Of a stretch of DNA of 64,000 nt, positions 62,400-64,000 are shown one piece after another. The DNA is from Hydrolagus colliei (Eukaryota): the NCBI GenBank assembly GCA_035084275.1, contig CM068757.1, positions 4,154,001 through 4,218,000 of the forward strand. Reading direction: 5' to 3'. The translations under genes and the position numbers were made by a program. Numbering within the stretch: the first letter of the stretch is position 1; every line of letters begins with the position of its first letter. The notes under the pieces are model-generated. The model worked only from the letters and a program-made list of their open reading frames with translations. It made no database searches and had not been told where the DNA came from.

Positions 62400-62879
62400 A
62401 GTTCTGAGCTCTGATCCATCCCAGATCAATGTAATTATCATTTGGCTGGATTCTCACTGCTACAACTGTTTTCTTTCCCTGAATCAGCTGGTTGACGTCC
62501 AACAGACGTGGAGGGCTCATGTTTCAACGGAAGACACAACAAACTCAAATTATTATCATCAGGCTGCACTGCACAAAAATCCTCCCTGAAAGTAATTCAT
62601 TCTCTCATCCTGCCACATTCTTCTCATCCTAGCTTGACCTTTCCCAATGTTACCACTTCCATAAATTTGATGAGGCTTTTCTCCAGATATAAAATCAATT
62701 ATCCCTCAGACACAGGTCACAATCCTGAGCATCTATTTCTCAGAACCTGTCAAGCCGGCTCGCTCTTTAGATAGATCTAGCCTTGCTTTAACTGCCTGCC
62801 GCATTATATGGGATCTCTGCTATATCCATCTCTCTGAAACTCTGTCAATGTTGTCATCCTTCAGATCCTGTCTGCCTTT

Positions 62880-63150
62880 TCAGGGGGATGTTAAATATCC
62901 CGCGGCACTATTTGAAAAGAGAAGGGAGTGTCTCCTCGTGTCTGGGTAACAGTCCCTCAGACAACAACTTCTGGTCATCCACTTTATGACGCTTCTGGGA
63001 CATTGTTGTTCACATGTTAAACTGTGCTTTGGTTACAAATTTTGGTACACAAAAAGTGTACAGTCACTCCATTTTACAGACAAAAAAACTGTAAAATACC
63101 TTGCGATGTTTCAACATGATAAAGCACTGTATCAAATACAAAGATTAATA
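62880..63150 (+). mobile_element. old Deu-domain SINE relic with tail
   Basis: GGATGTTAAATATCCCGCGGCACTATTTGAAAAGAGAAGGGAGTGTCTCCTCGTGTCTGG...GGGACATTGTTG...AAAGCACTGTATCAAATACAAAGATT. Confidence 0.68.
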
Positions 63151-63646
63151 CTGTGTTATTAGCTTTGCAAAGTGAACATTCTATCTGCATCTTGCGTCTT
63201 TCCACAAAGACACTCTTGAAGTTTCTTCTCTCTCTCTCTCTCTTTATTCTGCTGTCAACACCCACAAAGACAATACTTGGCTTAAGCGTGGGGTCCATTA
63301 CAATATCAGTCAAGCTTTCACTGCTGTTGGAGAGGAGACTTTTATTTCTTCCAAGAGGGACAATAAGAGACTGGGGCGCTTAAGGCTATACTAATACACA
63401 CTCCAGGAGCAACACAAGTAGGGGCCAACGATGGAAATGATTGTATAAGGTTGTAGATCAGGAAACCAAAGTCATTTATATTTCAGTAGAGCCCCAAGAT
63501 GTTGTACAAAATGATGAATGAGCTGTGAAATAAGGCTGAAGCCAAAGCAAACCAGGGATGAAATGTGATTTCAGGGGAAAACTGCAACTCATTGTACCGA
63601 TATCATAAAGAATTCAAAGATTCTAATTCAACCTGAATTTGCAAGG

Positions 63647-63662
63647 GGTGTGTGTGTGTGTG
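63647..63662. repeat. (TG)n microsatellite
   Basis: GGTGTGTGTGTGTGTG. Confidence 0.8.
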
Positions 63663-64000
63663 GGGGGAATCAGCCTTTTATCCTCTGTGCCACCTCTGAA
63701 GGTTCTCATTAACAGAAAAATGATTGTTGGGTTTCTTAAGTCATTGCCCTCTAAAGTCACTTCCCTGTCAGAATGAAATTTATTTGGCCCTATTTATGTA
63801 GCAACCATTTTAAATAGTGAAATGAAAGCAGCTGGTACTTTTCACTCTGACATGTTCAAACACCCAAAATGATATTTTCCCACCGTAATTCATTGAACTC
63901 ATCACGTGTGAGTTAAGCTCCTAAAATGGAACGTTTTACAATCGGCATCTTACCTCTAGCTCCAGATTGGATTGTTAAAGGAAGGGGATCCTGAGTTCAC

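Noticed and set aside
63270-63394. + strand exon candidate after a (CT)n tract
   Set aside because: The pyrimidine tract is a microsatellite, the acceptor is a weaker AAG, there is no clear donor, and the frames close without recognisable homology.
1-64000. CRISPR array, operon or prokaryotic defence system
   Set aside because: There is no regularly spaced repeat-spacer array and coding density is very low. The recurring motifs are dispersed SINE/LINE tails, and the sequence is vertebrate-like.

Overview
This window is AT-rich, CpG-poor, repeat-dense vertebrate DNA from an intron or gene desert. It is not prokaryotic: I see no operons, rRNA/tRNA genes, CRISPR array or recognisable host protein. 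The repeat set (tRNA-headed SINEs with a DeuSINE-type segment and L2-type tail, CR1 and L2 LINE 3' ends) suggests a cartilaginous fish, possibly a holocephalan such as Callorhinchus; this is inference from repeat types only. One ~330-350 bp SINE family dominates, with 5 copies carrying the tRNA head and about 25 5'-truncated tails. There are also many CR1 and L2 fragments and older Deu-domain SINE relics. The only recognisable peptides in the ORF track are LINE ORF2 remnants and SINE read-throughs. The most interesting non-routine signals are: a 36-bp-arm hairpin at 20255-20351; a ~60-bp stem-loop retro-unit with a shared 5' end nested inside other repeats; a dense ETS/RUNX/E-box cluster at ~13.1-13.56 kb; several CNE-like unique blocks; and a run of minus-strand splice-acceptor/exon candidates that could belong to an unannotated spliced transcript. 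I cannot support a claim of a new biological system from sequence alone. Repeat boundaries were read by eye and are approximate (about 10-20 nt).
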